A DNA stretch of 62,582 bases, counting the filler, from Choristocarpus tenellus KU-1152 (Eukaryota; Protista; Phaeophyceae), in assembly GCA_964200185.2 (NCBI GenBank). It is 10 parts of 10 records of this genome, joined end to end, with 100 filler letters (N's around TTAATTAATTAA, not from the genome) between each part and the next. Parts side by side here need not be neighbours in the genome. Positions count along the whole stretch, not along the records: positions 33,986 to 38,653 come from CAXNAD020013540.1; positions 38,754 to 43,740 come from CAXNAD020012267.1; positions 43,841 to 50,272 come from CAXNAD020008152.1; 7 more parts are not named here. One strand, written 5' to 3'. The notes beneath the pieces are model-generated. The model searched no databases, was not told where the DNA came from, and worked only from the letters and a program-made list of their open reading frames with translations. Both the position numbers and the translations under genes were made by a program. Positions within the stretch are counted from its first letter, which is position 1. Every line of letters begins with the position of its first letter. Positions 36,798 through 49,396 of this stretch are shown here, one piece after another.

Positions 36798-38546
36798 AAA
36801 CGGGTGCATACCGAGGACAGTGGAGCATAACATGTGTTCCAAACGAAAAACTGCATAGTGGGTTGTCAAGAACACGACAGGATATGGGTGTCCGTTCTCA
36901 CACTCTCCTTGACCTTCGTCAGTCAATCTGTCGTAAACATGAAAATAATAGATACACTTAATGAATTCATTTAGTCGCACGTAGTATCATATAACAGATC
37001 ATATCCTAAGTCGGTCGATGGATCTAAGCGTTCATGCTGGACCATTGAATGCCTGCTCTTGTGAAACAAGGTGATGAAGTTGGAAGCAAGTGTAAGCCTT
37101 GACTTACACTCTGATCCAAAATATACTTACAGCACACAATTACTAATGATAGCATAAACACTGCCTACCAAAACAACGTTGTGCCCATTACACTACAGAT
37201 CAAAACATGCAACTTAATAGTTAAACCAACTAAGAGTTAGGCACGGTCGCATTTTAAGGATGCCCGAGAAAGAGCAAAAATGTGTAATTTTGTACCGTTA
37301 GAGAAAGACCGTTTGCTGAATTGCGGTGTCACTTTTTGTGCGGAAAGGTAAGTGTCAATTTTGCGTACACTATTGTACGCATGAATCAATCAAATAGAGT
37401 GCATTGCACAGGGTAAGAAAGATGGCTTGAAAAACAGAAGAGTCCAAACCTGCCTGCATCTCACTTGTTTGGGCCCGTATGATGAATAACAAATGTATCC
37501 TTTTAGATATATTTTGTTTTAAGTGAGGTTGTGTAATTTGGGGTTGTATATGGTGATGTTCAATGGAGATGTGTACTCGAGTATTTTGTTATCCTTCCTT
37601 TCCTTACCATGATATAAAATAGTAGTTGTGAATGTTAGATAGATCCCCTTAGCCAATGAACTACGCAAACAAGTACTCTTACCACCATTGCGTTCTTGTC
37701 ATTCACAAAATCCTACGTTTTACAGTAATGTTTAACACAAAAGCGCTACGGTATAAGATAAATGGTACATCACTATGTTTGGCACCATGACATAACCAAT
37801 TTTACGTTGAAATGTCAACACTATGTTATGCCCATAACACTTGAGTCCAAAACATATATTGTTACACCTACACCACTCCAGGGTCCGTCTAAACGAGAGG
37901 TACCCAGAGTTGGATGGTGGAAAATATGTGCAAAACTTGACTTTTTTTTCAAATGCGTATAGGTAAACCTCACGACTACCACTTACTACATCAAAGAAAA
38001 GTTGTACACGACTTCTACTGTCAGTACTAGTAGACATGGATAGTAGGATACCAAATAATATTTTTCAATATACTTGTTCATAAACGTAAACGGTGAAACT
38101 CTTGATGCGTTAGGCGAATACCACCCTGGAAGTTACAGCCTAGAATCGCTTTTCATTGGCACAGAAAGGGAGCTTAGGTTGTAGGTAGGAACCATTCTCT
38201 CTTCTACCCACCATTAGAGAATTTCGTGTTTAATGTCTAGCTCGAACGAAAACAATCATAATTCCTCAGTATTGATACCGATTCTGGTGATCATGAAGGT
38301 GTATAATTATGTAGGTATTGTGTATGTCTTTCCTTCATGCTTGCATCCTACAGTCTCTTCGTGTGAAACATACGACGGAGGTTCTCCTGCTCACTCAGGT
38401 GAGCTAGTGCTTCATCATGTGTCTTGTCTTGGGTCGAACTCCTGTTGTGTCAGTTCTCACTTGCTGCAATTAACGATCATACTTCTACAACAACTGACTG
38501 TGGAGGAAGATGTTCAACAGTTCAACAACAATTATGCATAACAACG

Positions 38547-38585
<39 letters not shown>
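38547..38585. repeat. (AC)n microsatellite
   Basis: Visible directly; another lies at 51792-51820. Confidence 0.95.
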
Positions 38586-38586
<1 letters not shown>

Positions 38587-38653
38587 ATAGTATATGCAAG
38601 GAAGGATGGCTACCGCATTTGCAAATTCAAAAACATCATAACAATTTCACCCG

Positions 38654-38753
38654 NNNNNNNNNNNNNNNNNNNNNNNNNNNNNNNNNNNNNNNNNNNNTTA
38701 ATTAATTAANNNNNNNNNNNNNNNNNNNNNNNNNNNNNNNNNNNNNNNNNNNN
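38654..38753. other. Artificial contig linker
   Basis: N44-TTAATTAATTAA-N44. Confidence 0.98.
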
Positions 38754-38861
38754 CATTTACATTATCCATCCGACGTATGCAACCAAATCACCCAAAAATC
38801 TTGACATGAAAAAATTGACCCCAAATGGACAGCTACCACCCTCCCCCAGATACTTTGAGCC
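38754..38861 (-). mobile_element. MITE family B, truncated by contig start
   Basis: Ends CCCCAGATACTTTGAGCC. Confidence 0.85.
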
Positions 38862-39277
38862 AGAGCTTGAGCCACGACTTGAGAAATAAATATTTTTAGT
38901 GTTCTTTGTCTGGAACTTAATTTTTATCTAACTGAAAATGATGTGATCCTTTTAGATCTCACAATCTTGTGGTTTCCACTTTGGACATCAGGTTGTGAAT
39001 AGACAAAAAGGGAAATGCACTTAACAGTATCAATTACATCCGATTTGTTTTCTGTTTGGAAAGGCCTAACCATCTCTGGTGTTTTTACATCAAGTCAAAA
39101 AGGAACATTAAGTATTCCAGAGTACTACACAATGAACCATTGAATTTGTTACTGAGGTCCATACAAAAAATTGTGAAATAAGCATTGCTCTCTGAAACAC
39201 CAGACAGATAGCATGTAAATCATATCAAAATATGGTTGGGGAATAGAACCAGAAACAGGTTACTCCTGACCTTTCAA

Positions 39278-39536
39278 GAGCCAAAGTATCTTAGAGGGTA
39301 GAGCCGCGTCCATTTTGGGGTCAAAATCCAATGTTGCAATTTTGATGTAATTTTGGCTATCGTGTTCATTAGAAAGTGTCAATATCCATGTTCTGGACAC
39401 ACCTTTTCATGACGTATACACTCTCCCCACTCCGAAACATTTCGGAGTAGGAAAATTTCATAAGAGAACCCATGGGAAGCCAAGCCCGAAATGGACAAAC
39501 AGGGCAAAACTCGTACCCTCTAAGATACTTTCACTC
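39278..39536 (+). mobile_element. Sola2-like MITE family A, complete (259 bp)
   Basis: TIR GAGCCAAAGTATCTTAGAGGGTA / TACCCTCTAAGATACTTTCACTC; perfect TSD TCAA. Confidence 0.93.
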
Positions 39537-39690
39537 TCAAAACACTTTTTCCCCAATTTGTATTTTCTGACAAGGATGGACAACCATCGTTTGTCTCCTT
39601 TACGTATGGACTGTCCCTCTACTTTATCTTCTACAATGTATCCCAAACTTGAAATGAATCAAGGTTGTTTTTTTACGTGTTCGTTATCAG

Positions 39691-42600
39691 AATTGACAAA
39701 GCTGTGCGAAGACAAGGAGACTCAGGAGCAACAAACCCTGTCTCTGTCCTCTCCACCTCGTCTCCTGACTCTTCCTCTGCTGTCCTAACCATTGTTGACT
39801 CTAGCAAGGTGAGTGGGAGACTTGAGTTCATGTAGCCTCCTATGTAGTACAACAATGGCACTTCAGTATATTCAAGGGATAGTTACATGCAACCAGATAA
39901 ACAGGAAAGTAAATTTTTAAGTAACTGAAAGCAAATTAAATAAGTGCAATGATGCGCACGAGGCATACAGCAGATTGAGGTTATAGCCCCATATGGAAAA
40001 TACGTTTTTCCACCAATAGAATAGCCTGTATCCACCTTACCCGATAGGATGCATTTCCCCAGCAATATCCTGTACCCTGTCCCCTATGGCATTAATAGAA
40101 TGAAGTTCCAGCGCTTGTTTTTGGGGTGAAGGGCTCTGCACATCATGATCATGATACCCATACATCTTTTAAACCTCTTTCTCATCATTTGAACCTTCAA
40201 GGGAGCTTGTGGGTGCAGTCCCTTTGCCTTTTAGCAAGCTGTACATATTTTGTTTCTTCATGCCACTTTGTATTATCACCTGAAGTACTATTATTATTGG
40301 TTTATTATCCTTGCCGAACATATGTCTGGATCAAAACTGGGCTGTCATACTGTGTTGATCTCCTTGTTTTCACAACCGTTCTCTCAGCAGGCGGGCACCA
40401 TTTGGGACCTTCCACCTCCAACAAGTCATTTGTCAAAGGAACAGCGAATGCTTACCTCAGCTATGCGTGAAGTACCATCAACTGTGTCGGTCCACAAGGA
40501 CGGCATGTGTGCCTCCTTTGGGGGAGAGGGAGGTACAGGAAGAAATATCTCCAAGATAGGGGGGTGATAAAAAAAATTATACGTCACATCAAGGGTATAC
40601 TTTGAAGTATTTCTAACCAATGACACGAGAGAGAGATTTTCCATAATTTAAACAAATCCAACTCACGGGGATAGGAATTTGTTTTGACATCTTATAGTGG
40701 AGACTGACCTAGCAGCACTGTCCACAAGCCCCCTTCATTAATTAGAAAGAGCAATACCAGAAACTATCCATTCTACAGCTTTGTGGAGTCTTAATCCCAC
40801 ATCTTAAAAAGAGTTGGAGGGGGAACAGGTGCCAGTACTCCAGAACTGGGAGTGAAAGAGTGTTAGTACCCACACTATACTTCACAGTAACTACTGAGGT
40901 AGTATGTAGACCAGTAAACGAGATGATACTGCGTGGGTGGGGCTCACAGGAGTTCAAATTTTTCAAATTGCAACTTTAGTACCTCATTTGAGAACACAAG
41001 GACATGCATGCACACCCGTTGAACACATGCAGGTAATGCTTGCTTTTGTGAAATAAAGCGACACTAACATTTTGTCTTTCAATCCCAGACGAAATCTTGA
41101 GGTAGGGATTATAACATATTCATCAATCCAATACTTTCCAGGGGGGGGGTTACCACAATGGTTGAGTACCAGCCGTGAGTATTTCATGAAATCAATATGA
41201 GCGGGAAGGAAAAGTAAGCATGTTTCTATCACATGCTGGTGTTGTGGACGCTGATTATGTATCTCTGGCAAGATATGTTTTACACTAATACTTTCATATA
41301 CCAACAACTGGACCACATCTTTTGAAACACCTCCCCCATATCCCACACCTCACGCCTTCAACAACTCTGGGTTCTCAGGTCCAGTTTTCCAGGAGCAAGC
41401 AGCGGGAAACACAATTTCAAGAGTGTCCTCCTCTGCAGAGTTGTTTTCATCTCTCCAGGATGAACGTAATCAGGCAAGGGCAAGGTGCATACACAGCATG
41501 TAGGTCTGTCTACCCTACATCAGTCAGTGGTTTGGGTACAAATTTAGACAATCTTGAGCACTCTTGTCCACTGCACACCCTTTCACTCCATTTTCAGTGA
41601 CACTGGTTTTGCTGATCTCGGCTGCATTGTATTGTGCTCGTAAGAGTATATTAGTTGAGAACGATTTTTGGCCACGCTCAAAGTACACATATGAGCCCCA
41701 TCAATGAACTCACTTTTACCTGGTCACACAATTGAGACAAACTAAAAAAGAGGTACCCAGAGTTGCATTGTTAGGTTACCAGCAAATATGTGCAAAACTC
41801 GTATTTTTTACAAAATGCATGCAGGATGTTTTCCTAATGTGTAAAAAAAATTCCAACTACAGAGAAATCACCCCTCTCAAGTTCAACTTAGCACTTCATC
41901 CATAGAAATATGGGTGAATTGCGACAGATTGAAAAACTGGCTTATGATGCAAAACGGCCAAAATCTGGGTACCTCTTGTTTACTTTGGCTCAACGGAACA
42001 TTTTTCCCTCCTCTCTCAGGCAGCAGTAACAAGCATGCAAGCCCGAAGTCGGAAGGTGCCAAAGCCAACATGGGCAAACATTGGCTTTGGTGGTGGTGGG
42101 GAGCAAGCAGGAGTTGACGAGACTTCCTCATTCTACTCTAGCCCAGTAAGAACGAGAGCACCAACCACATCGCTCTCTCTTATGTCTGGAAGACATTTGG
42201 GTGCACCATTATAGAGCCATGTGTGTTGTCATGATTTGGGTCTATAATTCCACTTCCAAGAGTAAGAAGGATTGGCCAATGACCTCTGAGGGACAAATTT
42301 GTGCTTAACACTATGTAGAACTAAATATTGAGGCCTCAACAAGTTTCTGAATTCAACATCAGAGTCTTTCTAGAGGTGACTGCTCGTGAAAGCTATGAGG
42401 CATTTTGTTGACCCCCTTGCAAGTTGTACCCCTCACAAACCTTGCCGTCCATCCACCTGGGTAACCTAAGTATGTAACGGTCATCCTATAGCTTTGATTA
42501 AACCTTCTTGTCCTTGGCAATCCTTAGACAATTTCTCTGAGAGTTTTGCAACAAAGGCAATCTCTCCTCCACCCTCGCATCCCCTAAATCAGGAGGAACG

Positions 42601-42811
42601 ATTCACAACAACTTATGTTGATAAACATGCCCCACTTGTGCGGGAGAACTTCATGGAGCCTGGAAAACGTGCTGCTGCGTACACCAGGGTGAAGCCCTCT
42701 GACTCTGCAATTGAAGGAGAAATTCGCCGATGCCGTGCAGATGTGAGAAACTTTGTTAATTACTTTGCATCTGGCATTGTGAAGTACATTACTTGCCTGT
42801 TCGGCCTATAA
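39691..42811 (+). CDS. Exons of an unknown protein (39691-39808, ~40388-40500, 42019-42145, ~42593-42811); 5' partial
   Basis: Open segments preceded by polypyrimidine-AG and mostly ending at GT donors; no recognisable domain. Confidence 0.45.
41750..41975 (+). mobile_element. MITE family E (226 bp)
   Basis: TIR GAGGTACCCAGA / TCTGGGTACCTC; related copies at 60671-60897, 36569-36797 and a 5' fragment at ~37897-37970. Confidence 0.8.
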
Positions 42812-43183
42812 TTGAGCAAAAAAATACCTGTCCGTAAGCCTGACTTCCTAACTATATAGCAAGAAAGGTAAATTGATTTTTAAAAATCAACATACATACA
42901 ATGCGAGCCTGAGAGCACTGAACATCTATCAACTGTATGTAAGCAAAGATAAATCTGTGTTCATACTTTGTGACCAAAAATATTTACCTAACTACTGTGT
43001 CCCGGTACTATGTTTTGTTACAGCTACAGCAGTAGTATTCGGATGAGGTTTGGAACAAGGTGGACACAGTGATATTTCAACCAGAGCTCTGAGGGTGATT
43101 TCATTAATCTATCAAGGAGTTTTCTACCTCAGTGTCTACATCACCACATACTTACGTCCATCCAAGTAGTTGAGATAACTAAA

Positions 43184-43707
43184 GAGTCAAAGTATCTGAG
43201 AGAGTAGAGCCGCGTCCGTTTGGGGGCCAAAATCCAATGTTGCGATTTTGATGAAACTTTGGCTGTTGTGTCTGTTAGGACGTGTCATTATCCTTGTCCC
43301 ATACACACCTTTTCATAACGTAAACATTTTACCTACTCCAAAACATTTCGGAGTAGGAAAGTGTCTTAAAAAAAAGCTTTGGAAGCCAAGCGAGTTAAAG
43401 TATCTTAGAGTTAGGGTACGAGTTTTGCCCTGTTTGTCCATTTGGGGCTTGACTTCTCATGTTTTTTCCATGACATATTCCTACTCCAAAACATTTAGAG
43501 TAGGTAAAATGTATATGTTATGAAAAGATGTGTTCGGAACAAGGATATAGAAATTTTCTAACAAACACGATAGCCAAAACTACATCAAAATCGCAACATT
43601 GGATTGTGGTCCCCAAATAGACGCTGCTCTACCCTCTAAGATACTTTGGCTCAAGCCCCAAATGGACAAACAGGGCAAAAATCGTACCCTCTAAGATACT
43701 TTCACTC
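43184..43707 (+). mobile_element. MITE family A (outer copy) interrupted by a nested family A copy
   Basis: Left part 43184-43391 and right part 43657-43707 rejoin into one complete A element. Confidence 0.9.
43392..43652 (-). mobile_element. MITE family A, nested inverted copy
   Basis: GAG...CTC ends with perfect TSD AAGC. Confidence 0.92.
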
Positions 43708-43740
43708 AAATGGATTATTGTGTCAAAGTATCTGGGGGAG

Positions 43741-43840
43741 NNNNNNNNNNNNNNNNNNNNNNNNNNNNNNNNNNNNNNNNNNNNTTAATTAATTAANNNN
43801 NNNNNNNNNNNNNNNNNNNNNNNNNNNNNNNNNNNNNNNN
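43741..43840. other. Artificial contig linker
   Basis: N44-TTAATTAATTAA-N44. Confidence 0.98.
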
Positions 43841-44299
43841 CTATACGTACATCAGTATCATCTATAAGCCCGTAGATTGGAGCTATATATCCTGCGGAGG
43901 TAAGCTTTCGGGGGCGCCTGTAACACATGTGGATCATGCTAAATTGCCGCATCCGAGCGGTCTACGTGCCCAATTTGGACTATGTCCTACATGCCCATGG
44001 TGTGTGCCAGGAGCAGTAAGGCCCCCATATCCTTAAGCTGCAAGTTGTCTTTAGCAGTCCACATCCTGTATAGTGCAACATGTGTGTGAGGATTGGTGAA
44101 GAAAGCATTTTCCTTGTGCAAAATGTAGAACATTTGTAACTGTGTCAGGGCTTGCCATTGAAAGAAGTAACATACATTGGGGAGTAACTCTGAAGTCCTC
44201 TTATCATTTTGAAGTGGATGGAAATAATATTTTCATACCCAAACATTTTATTGAATACAAATATATAATGGAATATGCTGAAGATTATTACGGATTACT

Positions 44300-46210
44300 A
44301 CCGTAAATGTTCGACCGGCTTCACCTACACGAATTCACCACACCAGGCCTGCACAGAGATGAAGAAATGTGTTCAAGCGCTTCTCCTACTATTTGTGAAT
44401 TGCCCACCCTGACAAGGATAGACTTCCCTGACAATACGGCCGTTGTCTTCCCCAACATTCCTTGTTCATCCTCTGTGGGGTATGCGTAAGTGCAATCCCC
44501 AGTTTCGATCTTATTTGTGGTGTTGACGAAGGACGTGATTTCCCGGCGTACGTACACCACCCAGTGCTAGCCTCTTTACGACATTCTTTAACACGACTCC
44601 CATTGCATCTGATATTCCCTTGCTTGTAGCAGGGTGCAAAGAAGTTGTACATCACAGCAACCTCATGCGTTCGTGCCTGACCCACACAATTCATCTGCCA
44701 CCAATTCTTGAACAGTGAGCTGCAGACATTGGAGAAGATGTGAACGTGTTCATATCAGAGTCAAAGCATCTCTTAGAGGGTATAGAACCGCGTCCGTTTG
44801 GGGTCCAAAATCCAATGTTGCGATTTTGATGCAATTTGGGGTATCGTGTTTGTTAGTAAGTGTCAATATCCTTGTTCCAAACACACCTTTTCATAGTTTT
44901 ATATATTATACCTACTCCAAAGACGTATACATTTTATCTACTCCAAAACGTCTCGGAGTAGGAAAATGTCATAAAATACCCGTGGGAAGCCAAAGCCTCA
45001 AACGGACAAATAGGGCAAGACTCCTACCCTCTTAAATGCTTTGGCTCATCATCATGCCCATATTCTTAGAGCAGGGGCCTGGAGTGCTGGTAGATCAGCT
45101 TATCAGTCGTGTGTTGCACAAAGGGGTTGCCCTGTGCAGTGTCGGTGATGGCCACCATGAGATGTGCTCCCATACTCGTCCTTGGAGGTTCCTCCCCCCT
45201 GTAGTAGTCCTTCGCCTGCACAATAAACGGACACACCCCAGTCCTGACATTTTGAAGAATTCAAACTGGGTCATGTCGTGGTGGTCGTGAGGATGCTGAG
45301 TGGTAAAGTCTATTACTATGGCTGCATGCCCTTCTTTCAGGTAGGCAATGCATTTGTAGTAGGTCGTGGGTTTGGATCTTCCCCGTTTGTGGTGTTCAAA
45401 GGTGTTCGTGAAGGACTCGAGGATGGGAAGAAGGAGTTCCGATAACTTCTTCTTGACACCAACGAGTGTGTATTGCACACATGATGATTATGATGATGCT
45501 ATTAGAGAGAAGTGCAAAAGACCTGTTTGTTGGTGTGCTGTTTTTCTATGTCATTGGTGGTGGCTATCACGATCTGGAGTGAACCGTGTGACGACGAAAT
45601 ATCCAAAAACTGAAAATTGCACGAAAAAGCATGTATCACCAAAATTTCAACATCCCTATTGCTATCCACTCACCATGTAGGAAAGATAGACTATACGACA
45701 AAACACAAGTTTAACCTTTGGAAGAATTTGGAAAGAAGTAATTTTGTGTGTAACATCCATATCATATATTGATACACAATATCACAATATTATCTATGTA
45801 GAAGAAAGGGTTTGAAAAAGTAGGAGGAGGCACGGTGGTCAGCAGGAGGAAAGGGGGTTTATATGGTAGAGAAGTGGTCGGATTGAGATTATTTGTGTTT
45901 GCGATGGCGCAAAAGGGGAAGAATGGAGAGTAGTTCTACTTATACAACGAAAGGATGATGAACAGCAGTGCATCACGTCCTTGAAGAATAATGTTTTTGT
46001 ATTCTTCACTTTGACCTCCATGGATGATTTGTTGCAGAGGTCTTGTGCAGGAACATACGAGACTACTCCAGGGAGAAGCTCCTTCCATGATACTTCAAAC
46101 ACACAGTCAAGCATGCAAGGGCATTTCTATGTCGGATAGTCAATATATGCGCAGTCCGCTCATGTGCCCTCAATACAGGATGTAGCACAAACCCCATTCG
46201 CAGCCACCAT
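44300..46210 (-). pseudogene. Decayed DDD transposase, Sola2-like
   Basis: Motifs in order across frameshifts: AIVIDF-x-x-QH...TQFEFF (~45325-45255), VAITD-x-x-Q-x-NPFV, HVHIFSNVCSSLFKN (~44750-44706), YNFFAPCY-fs-KGISDAMGVVLKN (~44650-44583). They match the DF(A/S)ENY..Q / SDGC-x-x-Q(F/Y)K / FF-x-x-x-HGKG-x-x-DG-x-GG pattern. Confidence 0.7.
44758..45047 (+). mobile_element. MITE family A inserted in the transposase relic
   Basis: GAGTCAAAGCATCT ... TGCTTTGGCTC; perfect TSD ATCA; small internal duplication. Confidence 0.9.
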
Positions 46211-46974
46211 GTCCCCACCATCCGCTTATGCAATGTGTCTGGTCTTTTGCACATACAATGTGGGTTTCAGCGAAAGTGTGAGGTGAGATAGGTGGCGACA
46301 ATAAGAAGTTGTCAAAAATATGTATAGAGGAGTACTTGTTGTTGTGGAAGAGAGACGCGAAGGAAAGGATCTAAGGTAAGTCAGATGTAGGTGGAGGGCA
46401 ATCTCCTCCCTGAAAAGAAGGATAGAAGGGCAGACCATTCTTATGAGAGCGCTATTAAGCCTCAAAGGATACTTATCAATTTGGACCAAAAAACAAAAAA
46501 AACAAAAAAGAAGGGGAACGTAAGGGGTGAACTCACAAGGGGAATCTCATTATTTTGGAGGATATTGCTATAGCCTTTGATTTGCACCCTTGACTGTTCT
46601 TTCAGAAGTCTCAGTCACATGAGCAGGTGTGGTCGGTGGTCCGTCTCCGGGGCTTGGTGCGGGCTTTGTCCTAATTCTGCCTCAAGCACTTGTTAAGGTT
46701 CACTAAGAGGTGGTAAGGGCAGATGCAAAATCTTTAAAGGGTGGGCGAGGTGGAGGGGGACAAGAGAGGACGAGGAGATTGTCGTACATGACGTTTTGAC
46801 AGCAATCGCTCAAAAAATGAGGAGCAGAGATTGTGGCAAGAGTAGCACAGACTACCAACATGTGTATCTATCCCTATGCACCACCCTATTTTCTCGCTAT
46901 GTCCCGTAGTTTTGAATTTAAAGATAATCCAAACTAGTTACCACCCTACGATGTTCCCTAACTCTGTAAATTGC

Positions 46975-48070
46975 CTCACAGATGCCAATGGGTGTGGTAA
47001 CGTTTGTGACAAGAACAACTTAAACTGCGGCTGATCATGCCAACATCAGATATCCCCAAATGTTACTTTCACGGTTATCAAACCAACTACCAACCTGCAA
47101 TGTGACTTAATGTCGTCACAAATGCCAAGAAATTCCAAATTTATGACTGGAGTTGGCATAAACTAACTTATCGCCTAAGCAGGACCCTGAACAAGGGTAT
47201 CTATGATGTGTACTTACTATTCAATTACTACTCGATATCCCCCAATTATTGCTTTCACGAAGTATCACGACTAATCTACGACTGATTTTGTTGACACCAG
47301 ATATCCCCAAATATGACTTCATGGTTATCAAACTACCTACCCCAACCTGCAATTTTACCTCATCTGTCAACATCGTCACAGATGCCAAGAAATATATCGT
47401 TGACTGGGGCTGGCATCAACTAACTGATTGCCTACGCAGGACTCTGAACAAGCGTATCTATCCCTACTTACCACTCATTTACCACTCTAGGTTCTCCAAT
47501 TATTTCTTTCACGAAGTGTCAAACTAAATATCAACCTTTGATAAGTTCAATCTTACAATTTTAAATCGCATGCCCATGAAATAAGAATTGTTAGTGACAA
47601 CAACGAGAGAATATACGAATGCTTACACAGATCTGATGCTTCCCAATTATGACTCTCACGGGTTATCACCCAACGATTTGATGTAATCTGTCAATTTCAT
47701 GACGGGCATGCCAAGGAATATCCAAGTTTGTGACGGAGCTGGCATAAAGCATGACTGATAGCTTAATTCAAGGCCCCAACCAAACAAGAGCATCTATCCT
47801 TCTTAGGTTAGCACCTTATTATTACCGCAGATCTTTTATTAATTTTCGCCGATGCCAACGATGTTGGCGACAGGAACGGTACAATCTACGAGTCATCACA
47901 GAGACAAGATGCTCCTCAACTATGACTTTCACGGGTTATCAAACCAGGTATCACCCTACAAATTGGCTTAATATGTTATTTCATCATGTATACCAAGGAA
48001 TATCAGCTTTTGCGTTCAGAACAGCACAATCTACGACTAGTCAGCTCAAACCCGACAACAAACCGATGTA
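46975..48070 (+). repeat. Four degenerate tandem units of ~250-330 bp
   Basis: Anchor GATATCCCCAAAT...TCA(C/T)GGTTATCA at ~47047, 47298, 47633 and 47907; shared GCCAAG(A/G)AAT, TGGCAT and AACAAG...ATCTAT blocks. Confidence 0.8.
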
Positions 48071-49210
48071 GCTGTCCCTGTTTCACCAACCCAAGCATTA
48101 CGCTCAGTTCCCAACTACCACTTGAACTGTGGTTCGTCCAGATACCACCCCTCAATAGTATGCCCGACTCTGTCTACCACATCACTGACGTCCAGGAAGC
48201 TTTGCCATGTCGTTTCGTCTCCTAATCACAGAGCTCCATCTCTTGTTACAGTACATTTGTTCGAACAAACACTCCTTCTACTGTATTGAAGATCATTAGT
48301 ACTATATATCCAGAGTTAGAATAGAACTATTAGGTGGTAAACCCAGAACTAGAGTATGATCGGATGGACAGAATACGATTCTTCCATTACAAGGTGCTTT
48401 GAGGTAGTTAGTCTCCTCCCTCCTTGAGATTAATCACTTTACAACATTTGGCAACATTCATGTTTTTATCACTCATATCTCTACTCAAGTCGGGGGATAC
48501 TTTGACAATACTCCCCCTCTCCCCTGGAGAAGTTTGTTCACGAGATGCCTTCAGCCTACCCCATTTTTCATTCTCCTAAAGAGTTTGACCCTATCTCTTG
48601 TGCTGACTGCCACTCACTTACCTTTGCCCCTCTCAACATCGCTCACATTTTACGTATTAGTTTCTCGACCAACATATCTACCTCCAAGCCATCCTATTGA
48701 TATCTTTCGCACGACCTCAGTCTGCACTTCCACTTTCGGTACGTCAACTCCTTTACTCCTGCACCATGGCGAATCCTGTCGTGCGCAAAACTCAGATTCC
48801 TTCGTAACCTTTCACTTCTTTGGAGTATCACTTCATCATACTTCGAACTAATGCGTGACAATCAATCAATCAATTAACGGTCTGGGCTTCGTCAAGAGTA
48901 TTAAGAATAACAGTCGAAACCGAAACATAAAAAAAGCGATATGCTTTCTGAAAATGGACAGGATGTCCGACACTACACTACTTAGTCCCAGTATAATCAT
49001 AGCCTAGGTCCTAATATTAGGGCGATATACTCTTGGTCGCCTTGAGGGTCAGGTCCTCCGCCTGTTCAACGAAGTAAAGGGGGAGGTATAATTACCTGGA
49101 GCCTCCATCACAAGTGGCAGGACAGAACCTTCTGGATCATTTTGTCGGGCGCTGACAGTACAAGCAGAGAGTCTAGACTGAGAAAGAGAGAGTAGCTGAA
49201 GGGAAACAGA

Positions 49211-49396
49211 ATGGCAGAAGCCAAGGGCTCCCCAACTGATCGAAGAGAGAGGGAACTGGCTAGGGGAGCCAAGAATTTGCGCCACGTTGATGCACCCAAG
49301 GTGAAAGCGAAAGCGTTTAATATTGTGTCAGCAAAAGAGGATGCTACTCCACACATGTCGGGCGGAACTGCTGAAGGTGTCGTAACATCCCTCTAG
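49211..49396 (+). CDS. Short ORF or first exon with WH2/beta-thymosin-like motif
   Basis: ERELARGAKNLRHVDAP (helix plus LRHV); possible donor at 49377, otherwise stop at 49396. Confidence 0.35.
   Translation: MAEAKGSPTDRRERELARGAKNLRHVDAPKVKAKAFNIVSAKEDATPHMSGGTAEGVVTSL

Noticed and set aside
40880-41250. piggyBac-like PPPGKYWIDE fragment; also C-terminal-like fragment ~27680-27850 and Harbinger-like fragment ~32400-32830
   Set aside because: Only one or two weak motifs each in heavily broken frames; too little to annotate without a search.
43248-43523. ORFs overlapping MITEs (also 18937-19152, 19407-19691, 44715-45035, 54476-54709)
   Set aside because: Chance frames inside non-coding repeats.
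46975-48070. CRISPR-like or other repeat-spacer array
   Set aside because: Units are long, degenerate and similar along their whole length; no unique spacers and no cas genes; eukaryotic context.
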